DNA from: Escherichia coli
GTDB taxonomy: Bacteria; Pseudomonadota; Gammaproteobacteria; Enterobacterales; Enterobacteriaceae
DNA length: 64,000 nucleotides
Assembly: GCF_009931435.1 (NCBI RefSeq)
Contig: NZ_CP043414.1
Strand: one strand, 5' to 3'
The position numbers and the translations under genes were made by a program. Shown one piece after another: positions 22,418 through 31,612 of this stretch. Each line of letters starts with the position of its first letter. Within the stretch, counting starts at the first letter, position 1. The notes beneath the pieces are model-generated. The model made no database searches, had not been told where the DNA came from, and saw only the letters and a list, made by a program, of their open reading frames with translations.

Positions 22418-24559
22418 TCAAAATTGCCGCATATCCGGCATTCCGGGGGGTAAATCTTTCGGCACAGGCGCATCCGGCACAGGTTGTGTGGCACCACAGT
22501 TCCAGTTAATCACCGGCGCATCACCGTTCACATCCGACTCCCCTTCCAGATGAATGTGCGTACCATTAAGAAATATGCTTCCGTCCTTCGTCAGCACCAG
22601 CCTTGCCTTACCACAGCAGAGTTCAAGATGCTCACCGGCAGAATAAACTGCTGTTTGTCCGGTGTTTTCCTTCATCGTCTTGCCCACCGAGAAGGTGACG
22701 TTATTCCCTACATTGACGCTGTAGCCCATTCCCACCATCAGTGATTTATGCAGCCCTACCTGTGAGGACTGCAACAACGCCACCGAGGTATTCATAATGC
22801 CGCCTACCGTCGTCTGGTAAGCCACGCCCACCGTCAGCGCACGAATGATCCCCACCTTTTCAACCTGGTTTGATCCCACTTTGATAATCTGGTTACTGCC
22901 CACCGTTTCCACCTGGTTGACACCAACCGTCTGTATCTGATTAACGCCAATGTTCTGGATCTGGTTATTGGTAACGGTGATCGCCTGGTTGTTACCTATT
23001 TTTTCGGCATGGTTGTTTATCACATCAGTGGTGCGGTTATTCAGCACCTCGGTGTTCATGTTCTTCTGCGCGTGGATGTAGACCTGTTCTTTCCCTGTCG
23101 CATCGTCAAACTTCAGTTCATTAAACCCGCTGCCCTTATAGGTTTTCGAACGAATGGTCATCTGCGTCTTTGTTCCCGGCAGGCTGCCGGGGGTGCGGTT
23201 TTCCTGGTGGTAGGTACGCCCCATAATAATCGGCTGGTCCGGATCGCCGTTGAGGAAGTCCACAATGACCTCCTGACCCACACGCGGTATCGCCAGGTTA
23301 CCAAACCCGGTGCCTGCCCACGCCTGTGCCACACGGATCCAGCATGAACTGTCCTGGTTTGACGGGTTATAACGGTCCCAGTTAAATTTCACCCGCACGC
23401 GGCCATGTTCATCACAGAAGATTTCTTCTCCTGCCGGTCCCGTCACGACGGCGCTCTGCGGGCCATCCACCAGCGGTTTCAGCAACGGCTGTGGCCGCCA
23501 TGTTCTGTCTGCCGGTATTACCGCAAAGTGGTTATTCAGCGTGGTACCTGAACCCCTGCGTCCCGGCACCGCCTGCGGCTGCTCGCCGTGCAGTTCACTT
23601 GCCACCACCTGCCATTCCCGGTTCAGGTTCGCCTGCGGATGCCCCGTCAGCGCAATTCGCCGTCCCGGCCATATCTCCGGAGAACGGCTTGTTCCGCGCG
23701 CCACTTCTGCGTTGTTTCGCCAGCCATCCATCTGCCAGCGGGCAAAGTTCTGCCCGTGGGCACCCTTGAAACGTCCGGGGTAGTCATACACTTCATACTG
23801 TGTGCGCTGGTAATCCTGGTACTGGCCTTCCTGATCAAAACGCCCTGCCCAGCCGGGTCGTTTAAAGGTGTAGTCCTTGGTCACCACGGAAGAAGGGCGG
23901 ATTTGTGCGCTGTAGCGGAACTGGCTGATGCATAGGGTGCTCACCTCGGTACGGGTGTTCGGATTCCAGGGGATCTCAAAGGACTCCGGCAGATAACGCA
24001 CGGTGTCGCACAGGACCAGGCTCTGGTCGGTACTTTTTTGCGCGTGCTCCTCATAAAAGAAGATGCCTTCCTCCGCCGCCATCCGGCACAGGAAATCGTA
24101 ATCGGTTTCGCCGTACTGGACACAAAACTCACGGGAAGGATGCGGCTCGCTGAACAGCGGACTCCACTCGGTCACCCCGTTTTCTTTCAGGATCGTCGCG
24201 AGTATGCTTTCGATGTCCTCATTCTGGAAGATACGGAAGTTCTGGCGCAGCCCTGTGCGCCACAGCGGTGGGCATACCTTCATGCTGTACAGCATCTGGT
24301 TTTTGTCGTTCTCCCCCAGTTCAAACCAGGTCACCACACCTTTCACCCGGCGCTGTACGTCATCGCCCTGCCATATCGTCAGGTAGGCCATTTTGTCCAG
24401 CACCTGCGCAAATTCAAGGGAGAGAAACTGCTGGCTGACCAGAGAGAGATCGAGGGAAAAGAGCGAAGAGAGTGACTGGTTCAGATGAAAGGAGACCACC
24501 GCAAACGCGTCCGGTGGCAGGCCGTCCACTTCCAGCGTGAAACGTAATCCGGTTGACAT
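22418..24559 (-). CDS. vgrG: T6SS spike protein VgrG (TssI)
   Basis: 713 aa; gp27/gp5-like VgrG body with a short Pro-rich C-terminal tail; 75 nt upstream of rhs-B. Confidence 0.95.
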   Translation of the reverse strand: MSTGLRFTLEVDGLPPDAFAVVSFHLNQSLSSLFSLDLSLVSQQFLSLEFAQVLDKMAYLTIWQGDDVQRRVKGVVTWFELGENDKNQMLYSMKVCPPLWRTGLRQNFRIFQNEDIESILATILKENGVTEWSPLFSEPHPSREFCVQYGETDYDFLCRMAAEEGIFFYEEHAQKSTDQSLVLCDTVRYLPESFEIPWNPNTRTEVSTLCISQFRYSAQIRPSSVVTKDYTFKRPGWAGRFDQEGQYQDYQRTQYEVYDYPGRFKGAHGQNFARWQMDGWRNNAEVARGTSRSPEIWPGRRIALTGHPQANLNREWQVVASELHGEQPQAVPGRRGSGTTLNNHFAVIPADRTWRPQPLLKPLVDGPQSAVVTGPAGEEIFCDEHGRVRVKFNWDRYNPSNQDSSCWIRVAQAWAGTGFGNLAIPRVGQEVIVDFLNGDPDQPIIMGRTYHQENRTPGSLPGTKTQMTIRSKTYKGSGFNELKFDDATGKEQVYIHAQKNMNTEVLNNRTTDVINNHAEKIGNNQAITVTNNQIQNIGVNQIQTVGVNQVETVGSNQIIKVGSNQVEKVGIIRALTVGVAYQTTVGGIMNTSVALLQSSQVGLHKSLMVGMGYSVNVGNNVTFSVGKTMKENTGQTAVYSAGEHLELCCGKARLVLTKDGSIFLNGTHIHLEGESDVNGDAPVINWNCGATQPVPDAPVPKDLPPGMPDMRQF

Positions 24560-24721
24560 AGCAACCTCCGGGTTTAAGGAAAAACAGACAGTTCGCTGTT
24601 AAAGCGGCTGTAACAGTACAGTGTTACGCTTGCGTTCAGGCACGCTACCGCCGAAGTTTCCGGCATCCGCCATCTCCCGTGAACGTAACCCCTTACTGAC
24701 AACCTTTCTTTTTACGGCGTA

Positions 24722-24760
24722 ATACAAAAACAGCATCCGGCCTGATAGCCGGATGCTGTT
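24722..24760 (-). terminator. Rho-independent terminator downstream of hcp, before vgrG
   Basis: Perfect inverted repeat cagcatccggc / gccggatgctg; minus strand reads hairpin then TTTTTG. Confidence 0.6.
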
Positions 24761-24768
24761 GGCTTAAC

Positions 24769-25287
24769 TTATGCTTCCAGCGGTGCGCGCCAGTCGTCGG
24801 CACCGGAGGTGCCAGATTTGACGTGTTCCCACTCAATCTTGCGGTAGGCCAGTGAAACTTCGAGCAACTGGGTGAACTCGCGTTTCGCCGGGTCCTGGCA
24901 ATGCGGCATATGCAGTTTCATATCGACAATCGTCGAATCAGTCAGGCGGGTGGTGAAATAATGCTCCTGTTTGCCTTCCACAGATGTACGCCACCAGTGC
25001 AGTTCAGTGGTTGGCAGCATTTCACCGGAGGCCAGTGCGTTGTACATCAGCGGAACCGCTTTGTTCAGCGCCACGGTAAAAATGAACGGCTTGTGAGCAC
25101 GCTGACCCGCAGGCTGACCGGACTGAGGATCGGTCGGGACAGTAACGTTATGCAGGAATTCCTGCACCAGCATCTCGTCTTCGTGCCCCTGCACATAGAT
25201 GTTGCCGACAGAATCAGCGGTAAATGCACCTGCAGTAATATTTCCCTGGGTCTGACCAGTGATGGAGATATAACACGGTGTTGGCAT
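24769..25287 (-). CDS. hcp: T6SS tube protein Hcp (TssD), copy 1
   Basis: 172 aa Hcp-family protein; divergently arranged from tssB. Confidence 0.9.
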   Translation of the reverse strand: MPTPCYISITGQTQGNITAGAFTADSVGNIYVQGHEDEMLVQEFLHNVTVPTDPQSGQPAGQRAHKPFIFTVALNKAVPLMYNALASGEMLPTTELHWWRTSVEGKQEHYFTTRLTDSTIVDMKLHMPHCQDPAKREFTQLLEVSLAYRKIEWEHVKSGTSGADDWRAPLEA

Positions 25288-25584
25288 TTGTAAACTCCTT
25301 GTTAACGTGGTTAATTACTACTTACAATGACCTGCCGTTAATCCCAGACAGGCAGATGCAGCTCACTTCACGGAACCGCATCATTTTTCAGTATTTTTTA
25401 CATACAAACCGAGCTAGAATTTACGGTTGTCGTAAAAACTATTTTTAAAATCATTAAATCTCTTATTCAGCAATAACTTAATAATATATATCTGGATAAC
25501 TATACCCAACTGTTCAAAGTCCGTATTGCCTCCATAAAATGGCCAAAGCTGAATCATGAATAAATATTGTATTTATCCTTTCTG

Positions 25585-25603
25585 AATTATCATTTTGATA
25601 ATT
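25585..25603. promoter_or_regulatory. Candidate Fur box: perfect palindrome in the hcp-tssB divergent intergenic region
   Basis: aattatca ttt tgataatt is a perfect inverted repeat built from GATAAT-like hexamers in a very AT-rich 700 bp intergenic region. Confidence 0.4.
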
Positions 25604-25982
25604 TTTGAGATATTCCTTAAAAATACCCACTTACTCAATCACAAAACAAATATATAAACAAGCAATCATTAGATTAGCTTATGTTTAATGAAATTATTAT
25701 ATACTTCAATAAGATACATAAAAACTCTATATTTAAATTATTGCCATAATACACCTGACGCGAATTGCACAGGTTCACACAATCTATTTAACGCTTGCAG
25801 AATACCCCTCTTTACGATCGATAAAAAGTCCTTTTCTTATTTATTTTGAAGCGTAAAATGCGGGGTGATGAAGGAGTGGTGATTTTATTTTCACCGCCAT
25901 CAAGGCGGCATTTCCGATATTTTTTGCGGTACAAATATGCTGTGTTCATGGCCTGTACGAGATAACATGACGGATCACTTTT

Positions 25983-26483
25983 ATGAGCAAAAAATTTGAA
26001 GGCAGCGTCGCGCCTCGCGAGCGTATTAATATATCGTATGTCCCAAAAACAGATGGCCAGACGGCTGAAGTGGAACTTCCGCTTAACATGCTCGTTGTCG
26101 GCGATACCGGAAATACGCAGGAAACATCCTCACTGGATGAACGTCAGGCAGTTTCCGTTAACAAGCACAATTTCGGTGCAGTGATGGCTGAAGCAGCCAT
26201 TGGCCTCAATTTTACCGTCCCCGCCACGCTGAAGGGAAGCACAACGGACGATGAACTGAATGTGGCGCTGAATATCAAGTCACTGGATGATTTTTCACCA
26301 GATAGCGTGGCCCGGCAGGTTCCGGAAGTGAATAAATTGCTGGAATTACGTGAAGCACTGACTGCACTGAAGGGGCCGATGGGTAACCTTCCGGCATTCC
26401 GTACCCAGCTCCAGGCATTGCTGGAAAATGAAGAGTCCCGCGAGCAGTTGCTCAAAGAAATCGGCCAGGTGAGCAATAAATAA
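25983..26483 (+). CDS. tssB: T6SS contractile sheath small subunit TssB (VipA)
   Basis: 166 aa; typical TssB sequence; first gene of the plus-strand operon. Confidence 0.9.
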   Translation: MSKKFEGSVAPRERINISYVPKTDGQTAEVELPLNMLVVGDTGNTQETSSLDERQAVSVNKHNFGAVMAEAAIGLNFTVPATLKGSTTDDELNVALNIKSLDDFSPDSVARQVPEVNKLLELREALTALKGPMGNLPAFRTQLQALLENEESREQLLKEIGQVSNK

Positions 26484-26517
26484 CCACCACTATTTCATTA
26501 AACAGGGTTATCCAGGC

Positions 26518-26742
26518 ATGACGGCACACAAAAATATCTCCGGGACATACCACCTCTCTGTTGCAGACATTCTGCAGGTGGTTTACCAGGTATGTTTCAG
26601 CCCGTCCGTTGAAATCAACCAGGATGGTGTGGCTGCGCTGATTACAACACTGGATCGCCGTATCAGTGATCTATTGGATGAGATTATCCATTTTTGTGAG
26701 TTTCAGCAGAGCGCGTCGCACTGGCAGCGCGTACTTCACTGA
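26518..26742 (+). pseudogene. TssC-like N-terminal fragment (74 codons) between tssB and tssC
   Basis: Translation ...NQDGVAALITTLDRRISDLLDEIIHFCEFQQSASHWQRV parallels TssC residues ...NKLAVDSMIADIDERISRQMDVIIHAPAFQQVESFWRSL; fills an unusual 310 nt tssB-tssC gap. Confidence 0.45.
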
Positions 26743-26792
26743 CGGCGAAAAGCCGGTTTCAGAAACACAGCTAAAACAGAAGGATTTTCAGT

Positions 26793-28268
26793 ATGTCTTT
26801 ACAGGAAGAGGAACTCGTTTCCAGTCATGCCGGGCAGCCTGAGCAGGCATCGTCGCTGCTTGATCAAATCATGGCACAGACCCGTATTCAGCCCGGTTCG
26901 GAAGGTTATGACGTTGCCCGCCAGGGTGTGACAGCCTTTATTGCCAGCATCCTGCAATCCACTGCATCTGCCGAACCGGTCAATAAACTGGCCGTGGACA
27001 GCATGATTGCAGATATTGATGAACGCATCAGCCGCCAGATGGATGTCATCATCCATGCGCCTGCCTTTCAGCAGGTCGAGTCGTTCTGGCGCTCACTGAA
27101 AACCATGGTGGATCGCGTTGATTTCCGTGAAAACATCAAGGTCAACGTGCTTCATGTCACCAAGCAGGAACTTCTGGAAGACTTTGAGTTTGCGCCAGAA
27201 ATTATTCAGTCCGGATTTTATAAGCACGTTTATTCGTCCGGTTTCGGACAGTTTGGCGGTGAACCCATCGCTGCCGTGCTGGGCGCTTATGAGTTCAAAA
27301 ATACCGCGCCTGACATGAAACTGCTGCAATACGTCAGTGCCGTGGGCGCAATGGCGCACGCACCGTTCCTGTCCTCCGTTTCCCCGGAGTTTATGGGGCT
27401 GAACTCGTGGACCGAACTGCCTAATATCAAAGATCTTTATGCCATCTTTGAAGGTCCGGCCTACACCAAATGGCGCGCCCTGCGTGACTCGGAAGATTCG
27501 CGCTATTTAGGGCTTACGGCACCCCGCTTCCTGCTTCGCCAGCCCTATTCACCAACAGATAACCCTGTTAAGAACTTTAACTATTACGAAGATGTCAGCC
27601 AGAACCACGAAGATTATCTGTGGGGTAATACGGCCTGGATGCTGGCATGCAATATCGCAGACAGTTTTGCCAAATACCGCTGGTGTCCAAACATTATCGG
27701 TCCGCAAAGCGGCGGCGCAGTGAAAGATCTGCCGGTGCATCTGTTCGAAACGATGGGGCAGATTCAGGCCAAAATCCCAACCGAGGTGCTGGTCACCGAT
27801 CGCCGCGAATTTGAACTGGCTGAAGAGGGTTTTATCACCCTTACCATGCGTAAAGACTCTGATAATGCAGCCTTTTTCTCTGCAAACTCGGTACAAAAAC
27901 CGAAGCACTTTCCGGGAAAAGATGCAGAAACCAACTATAAGCTGGGTACGCAGCTTCCTTATCTCTTCATCATCAATCGGTTAGCGCACTACATCAAGGT
28001 GTTGCAGCGTGAACAACTGGGGTCATGGAAAGAAAGGAGCGACTTAGAAAGAGAGCTTAATACCTGGATCCGTCAGTATGTTGCCGACCAGGAAAACCCG
28101 CCTGCAGACGTGCGCAGCCGCAAACCTCTGCGCGCTGCCAAAGTTGAGGTTATGGATGTAGAAGGCGAACCCGGCTGGTACCAGGTTGCGCTAAGCGTGA
28201 GACCTCATTTTAAATTTATGGGGGCAAATTTTGAGCTTTCCCTGGTTGGCCGGTTAGACAGGGAGTAA
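26793..28268 (+). CDS. tssC: T6SS contractile sheath large subunit TssC (VipB)
   Basis: 491 aa; typical TssC sequence. Confidence 0.95.
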   Translation: MSLQEEELVSSHAGQPEQASSLLDQIMAQTRIQPGSEGYDVARQGVTAFIASILQSTASAEPVNKLAVDSMIADIDERISRQMDVIIHAPAFQQVESFWRSLKTMVDRVDFRENIKVNVLHVTKQELLEDFEFAPEIIQSGFYKHVYSSGFGQFGGEPIAAVLGAYEFKNTAPDMKLLQYVSAVGAMAHAPFLSSVSPEFMGLNSWTELPNIKDLYAIFEGPAYTKWRALRDSEDSRYLGLTAPRFLLRQPYSPTDNPVKNFNYYEDVSQNHEDYLWGNTAWMLACNIADSFAKYRWCPNIIGPQSGGAVKDLPVHLFETMGQIQAKIPTEVLVTDRREFELAEEGFITLTMRKDSDNAAFFSANSVQKPKHFPGKDAETNYKLGTQLPYLFIINRLAHYIKVLQREQLGSWKERSDLERELNTWIRQYVADQENPPADVRSRKPLRAAKVEVMDVEGEPGWYQVALSVRPHFKFMGANFELSLVGRLDRE

Positions 28269-28274
28269 CACACC

Positions 28275-28688
28275 ATGATACCGGATCGGGAAAGAACCAC
28301 AGGTTCTCTTTTTGAGCGTATGGAAGCCTCTTCGGCCAGAAACCGGCAGGGAGGCAGTATTCATTCGCTCAGGCAATCCATTCGCCAGAACCTACGAAAC
28401 ATTCTTAATACCCGGTCCGGTAGTTGCCGGGGTGCGCCTGAGCTGGGCATTGATGAACCGGAAGGGGCTGAAAACTTCCGCGAATCCATGAGTCGGGCCA
28501 TCGAGCAATGTATAGAACGCTATGAACCCCGGATCTCACACGCTGAAGTGCAGGCAGTGGTTTCATCCGCCTCCAGCCCGCTGGATATGACGTTTCATAT
28601 TACAGCCTGGGTGACATTTAACGAAACGCATGAGGTGCTTGAATTTGATATGGCACCGAATGGCAGCCAGCATTACCGGGTGGACTGA
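28275..28688 (+). CDS. tssE: T6SS baseplate protein TssE (gp25-like)
   Basis: 137 aa; gp25/lysozyme-like baseplate wedge family. Confidence 0.85.
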   Translation: MIPDRERTTGSLFERMEASSARNRQGGSIHSLRQSIRQNLRNILNTRSGSCRGAPELGIDEPEGAENFRESMSRAIEQCIERYEPRISHAEVQAVVSSASSPLDMTFHITAWVTFNETHEVLEFDMAPNGSQHYRVD

Positions 28689-28691
28689 CAG

Positions 28692-30542
28692 ATGGAATTT
28701 GAAGAACGCTATTTCCGGGAAGAACTCGATTACCTGCGCCAGCTCAGCAAGCTGCTGGCAACGGAAAAACCCCATCTGGCCCGCTTCCTGGCCGAAAAAG
28801 ATGCGGATCCGGATATTGAACGCCTGCTGGAAGGCGTGGCTTTTCTTACCGGCAATCTCCGTCAAAAAATTGAGGATGAATTCCCAGAACTGACGCACGG
28901 GCTTATCAAGATGCTGTGGCCTAATTACCTGCGTCCGGTTCCGGCAATGACCCTTATTGAATATACGCCGGATATGGATAAGTCTTCTGTGCCGGTGTTA
29001 ATCCCCCGTAATGAGCAGTTTACAACCAACGCCGGGGAAATCAGAGTCGATGAAGTGCTGCCCTCCGATGCTAAAAAGGAGGAGCCGCCTCCCTGTACCT
29101 TCACCCTCTGCCGGGATATCTGGCTGCTGCCCGTTCGCCTGGAGCAGATTGAAAACCGCAGTACGACCCGTAATGGTGTTATCAACATCACCTTTTCGGT
29201 CGCACCGGGAACGGACTTCCGCACGCTGGATCTGAACAAACTTCGCTTCTGGCTCGGCAATGACGACAACTATACCCGTGACCAGCTTTATTTATGGTTC
29301 TGTGAATACTTGCAGGGTGCCGACCTGACTGTGGGTGAACAGCATATTCGCCTGCCTGAGTTTATACTGAAAGCTGTCGGTTTTGAGCCGCAGGATGCCA
29401 TGCTGCCCTGGCCGAAAAACGTCCACAGCGGCTACCGGATCCTTCAGGAGTATTTCTGTTACCCGGATGCGTTTCTCTTTTTTGATCTTTGTGGTTGCCC
29501 GGCGTTACCTGACGGATTGCAGGCTGAATCCTTTACCCTGCAACTGCGTTTTTCGCGCCCATTGCCCGTGGACATCCGGTTGCGCCGCGACTCCCTGCGC
29601 CTGTATTGCGCGCCTGCCATTAATTTATTTATCCACCATGCAGAAGCCATCACGCTGGACAACCGGCGGGCAGACTATCCGCTGGTTCCCAGCCGCCATT
29701 ATCCGAAACATTACGATGTCTTTTCCGTTAACGGCGTGATAAGCCAGGTGCAGGATATGTTCAGGAAAAAAGATCTGGGGCGTCCTGTTTCGACGCAGGC
29801 CGCGCGCCAGTGGCCTGCCTTTGAAAGTTTCAGCCATCAGATGGAATACAGCCGGAAGCGGGAAGTGGTGTACTGGCATCACCGGACCAAAACATCCCTG
29901 TTCCATCGCGGCTTTGATCATACCCTTGCTTTTATACATGCTGATGGCAGTTATCCGTCAGACGAATCGCTGCTCAGTAATGAAGTGGTTTCGGTATCGC
30001 TGACCTGTACCAACCGTGAGCTTCCGTCACAAATTCGTTCCGGCGATATCACCGGCACAACCGGTAAAAATGCGGCTGTTGCTTCATTTCGCAACATTAC
30101 CCGCCCGACGCAACCACTCTGGCCGGTCATTGATGGCAGCCTGCACTGGTCCCTACTCTCCGCCATGAACCTGAATTATCTGTCATTACTAGATACGGAC
30201 GCGCTGAAGCAGGTCATCGCCAACTTTGATCGCCACGCAATCCATCATCCGCAGACGGCGCGGCTGTCACAACAAAAGCTGGATGCCATTGAGCGTCTGG
30301 AGACCCGCCCCGTTGATCGCCTGTTTACGGGTATTCCCGTCCGGGGGCTGGCCTCCACGCTGTATCTGCACCCGGAGCCGTTTGTCTGTGAAGGGGAAAT
30401 GTATCTGCTCGGTACGGTGCTTTCGCATTTTCTGTCGCTGTACGCCAGCGTTAACTCATTCCACATGCTGACCGTTGTGAACACAGAAAGCCAGGAGACA
30501 TGGAAATGGACGGAAAGAACCGGGCAGCATCCTCTTATCTGA
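28692..30542 (+). CDS. tssF: T6SS baseplate protein TssF (VasA)
   Basis: 616 aa; N-terminal YFREELDYLRQL...DPDIERLLEGVAFLTGNL typical of TssF. Confidence 0.9.
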   Translation: MEFEERYFREELDYLRQLSKLLATEKPHLARFLAEKDADPDIERLLEGVAFLTGNLRQKIEDEFPELTHGLIKMLWPNYLRPVPAMTLIEYTPDMDKSSVPVLIPRNEQFTTNAGEIRVDEVLPSDAKKEEPPPCTFTLCRDIWLLPVRLEQIENRSTTRNGVINITFSVAPGTDFRTLDLNKLRFWLGNDDNYTRDQLYLWFCEYLQGADLTVGEQHIRLPEFILKAVGFEPQDAMLPWPKNVHSGYRILQEYFCYPDAFLFFDLCGCPALPDGLQAESFTLQLRFSRPLPVDIRLRRDSLRLYCAPAINLFIHHAEAITLDNRRADYPLVPSRHYPKHYDVFSVNGVISQVQDMFRKKDLGRPVSTQAARQWPAFESFSHQMEYSRKREVVYWHHRTKTSLFHRGFDHTLAFIHADGSYPSDESLLSNEVVSVSLTCTNRELPSQIRSGDITGTTGKNAAVASFRNITRPTQPLWPVIDGSLHWSLLSAMNLNYLSLLDTDALKQVIANFDRHAIHHPQTARLSQQKLDAIERLETRPVDRLFTGIPVRGLASTLYLHPEPFVCEGEMYLLGTVLSHFLSLYASVNSFHMLTVVNTESQETWKWTERTGQHPLI

Positions 30543-31588
30543 GTCCGGGACATCCCCCGGCAGATAAAGAGCAGAATGATCCGCTGGCACAGGTTTTCCA
30601 TAACGCCTGCTCTTACAATTTTTTTGCGATGGCGGAGCTGTTGCACCGCCTGGCACAGGGTGAAAAGGGGACACCGGAATTATCCCTGCGCGATGATCCG
30701 GCACAGGAAACCCTGCGTTTCAGCGCCGATGCCAGCCTTGCCTTCCCGTGCAGTGATATCAGTGGGCTGAAACGGGATAAGTCAGGGGCATTCAGGATGA
30801 CCACCACCTTTATGGGGTTACAGGGGAGCCAGTCGCCTCTTCCCGGTTATTACCTGGATCACCTGGCCTGGAAAGCGGTACATGAACAAAGTCCGGTAGG
30901 CGATTTTCTGGATATGTTCAGCCACCGCCTGACCCAGTTTGTCTGGCATATCTGGCGTAAGTACCGCTATCACATCAGTTTTCGTAACGGCGGTGTGGAT
31001 GCGTTCTCGCAGCGCATGTACTCCCTTGTCGGGCTGGGCCACCGCCAGCTTCGCGATAAGCTGGCGATTAATCACAGCAAAATGCTGGCGTATTCCGGGA
31101 TCCTGGCAAATCCGGGACGATCCCCGGAAATCATCTGCGGCCTGGTGTCCCACTGTTTTGACTTGTCAGACGTGACGCTGCAAAACTGGCAACGTCGCAA
31201 GGTGGATATTGAACCGGATCAGCAAAACAGCCTGGGGAGCTATTCCCTTAAAAATGGCGAAAAACTGGCCGGAAGATCGGTACTGGGCAACTTTGTTCTG
31301 GGTACACGGGTGCCCGATCTCAGCGGAAAATTCCAGCTCAGTATTACCAGCCTGACCCGAAAACAGTTCCTCTCTTTTCTGCCGTCCGGCGAAAACTTCC
31401 TGCCACTGACGATGTTTGTGTCCTTCATCCTGCGCGATCAGCTTGCCTGGGACTTACATCTGGGGCTGGCACCGGAGCAGGTGGGCGCAATGCGCCTGGG
31501 CGATAACAAAAGTGCGCTGCTGGGCTGGACCAGCTTCCTCGGCACACCGGAAGAACGACCCTCAGTCACCATCAGGGTACGGTCGTAA
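30500..31588 (+). CDS. tssG: T6SS baseplate protein TssG (VasB); start ambiguous, overlaps tssF by 43 nt
   Basis: 362 aa; conserved NFFAMAELL region near the N-terminus. Confidence 0.85.
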   Translation: MEMDGKNRAASSYLSPGHPPADKEQNDPLAQVFHNACSYNFFAMAELLHRLAQGEKGTPELSLRDDPAQETLRFSADASLAFPCSDISGLKRDKSGAFRMTTTFMGLQGSQSPLPGYYLDHLAWKAVHEQSPVGDFLDMFSHRLTQFVWHIWRKYRYHISFRNGGVDAFSQRMYSLVGLGHRQLRDKLAINHSKMLAYSGILANPGRSPEIICGLVSHCFDLSDVTLQNWQRRKVDIEPDQQNSLGSYSLKNGEKLAGRSVLGNFVLGTRVPDLSGKFQLSITSLTRKQFLSFLPSGENFLPLTMFVSFILRDQLAWDLHLGLAPEQVGAMRLGDNKSALLGWTSFLGTPEERPSVTIRVRS

Positions 31589-31612
31589 ATTATGATAATC
31601 ACGGAGCAGAAT

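Noticed and set aside
22116-22553. ORFs 22116..22553 and 22138..22344 (+) spanning the rhs-B start and vgrG end
   Set aside because: Antisense to the rhs 5' end and the vgrG 3' end; the same artefact recurs at the rhs relic (ORF 11270..11494).
25983-26184. ORF 25996..26184 (+, 62 aa) inside tssB and ORF 26144..26476 (-) antisense to it
   Set aside because: Out-of-frame overlap with a clearly conserved tssB reading frame.
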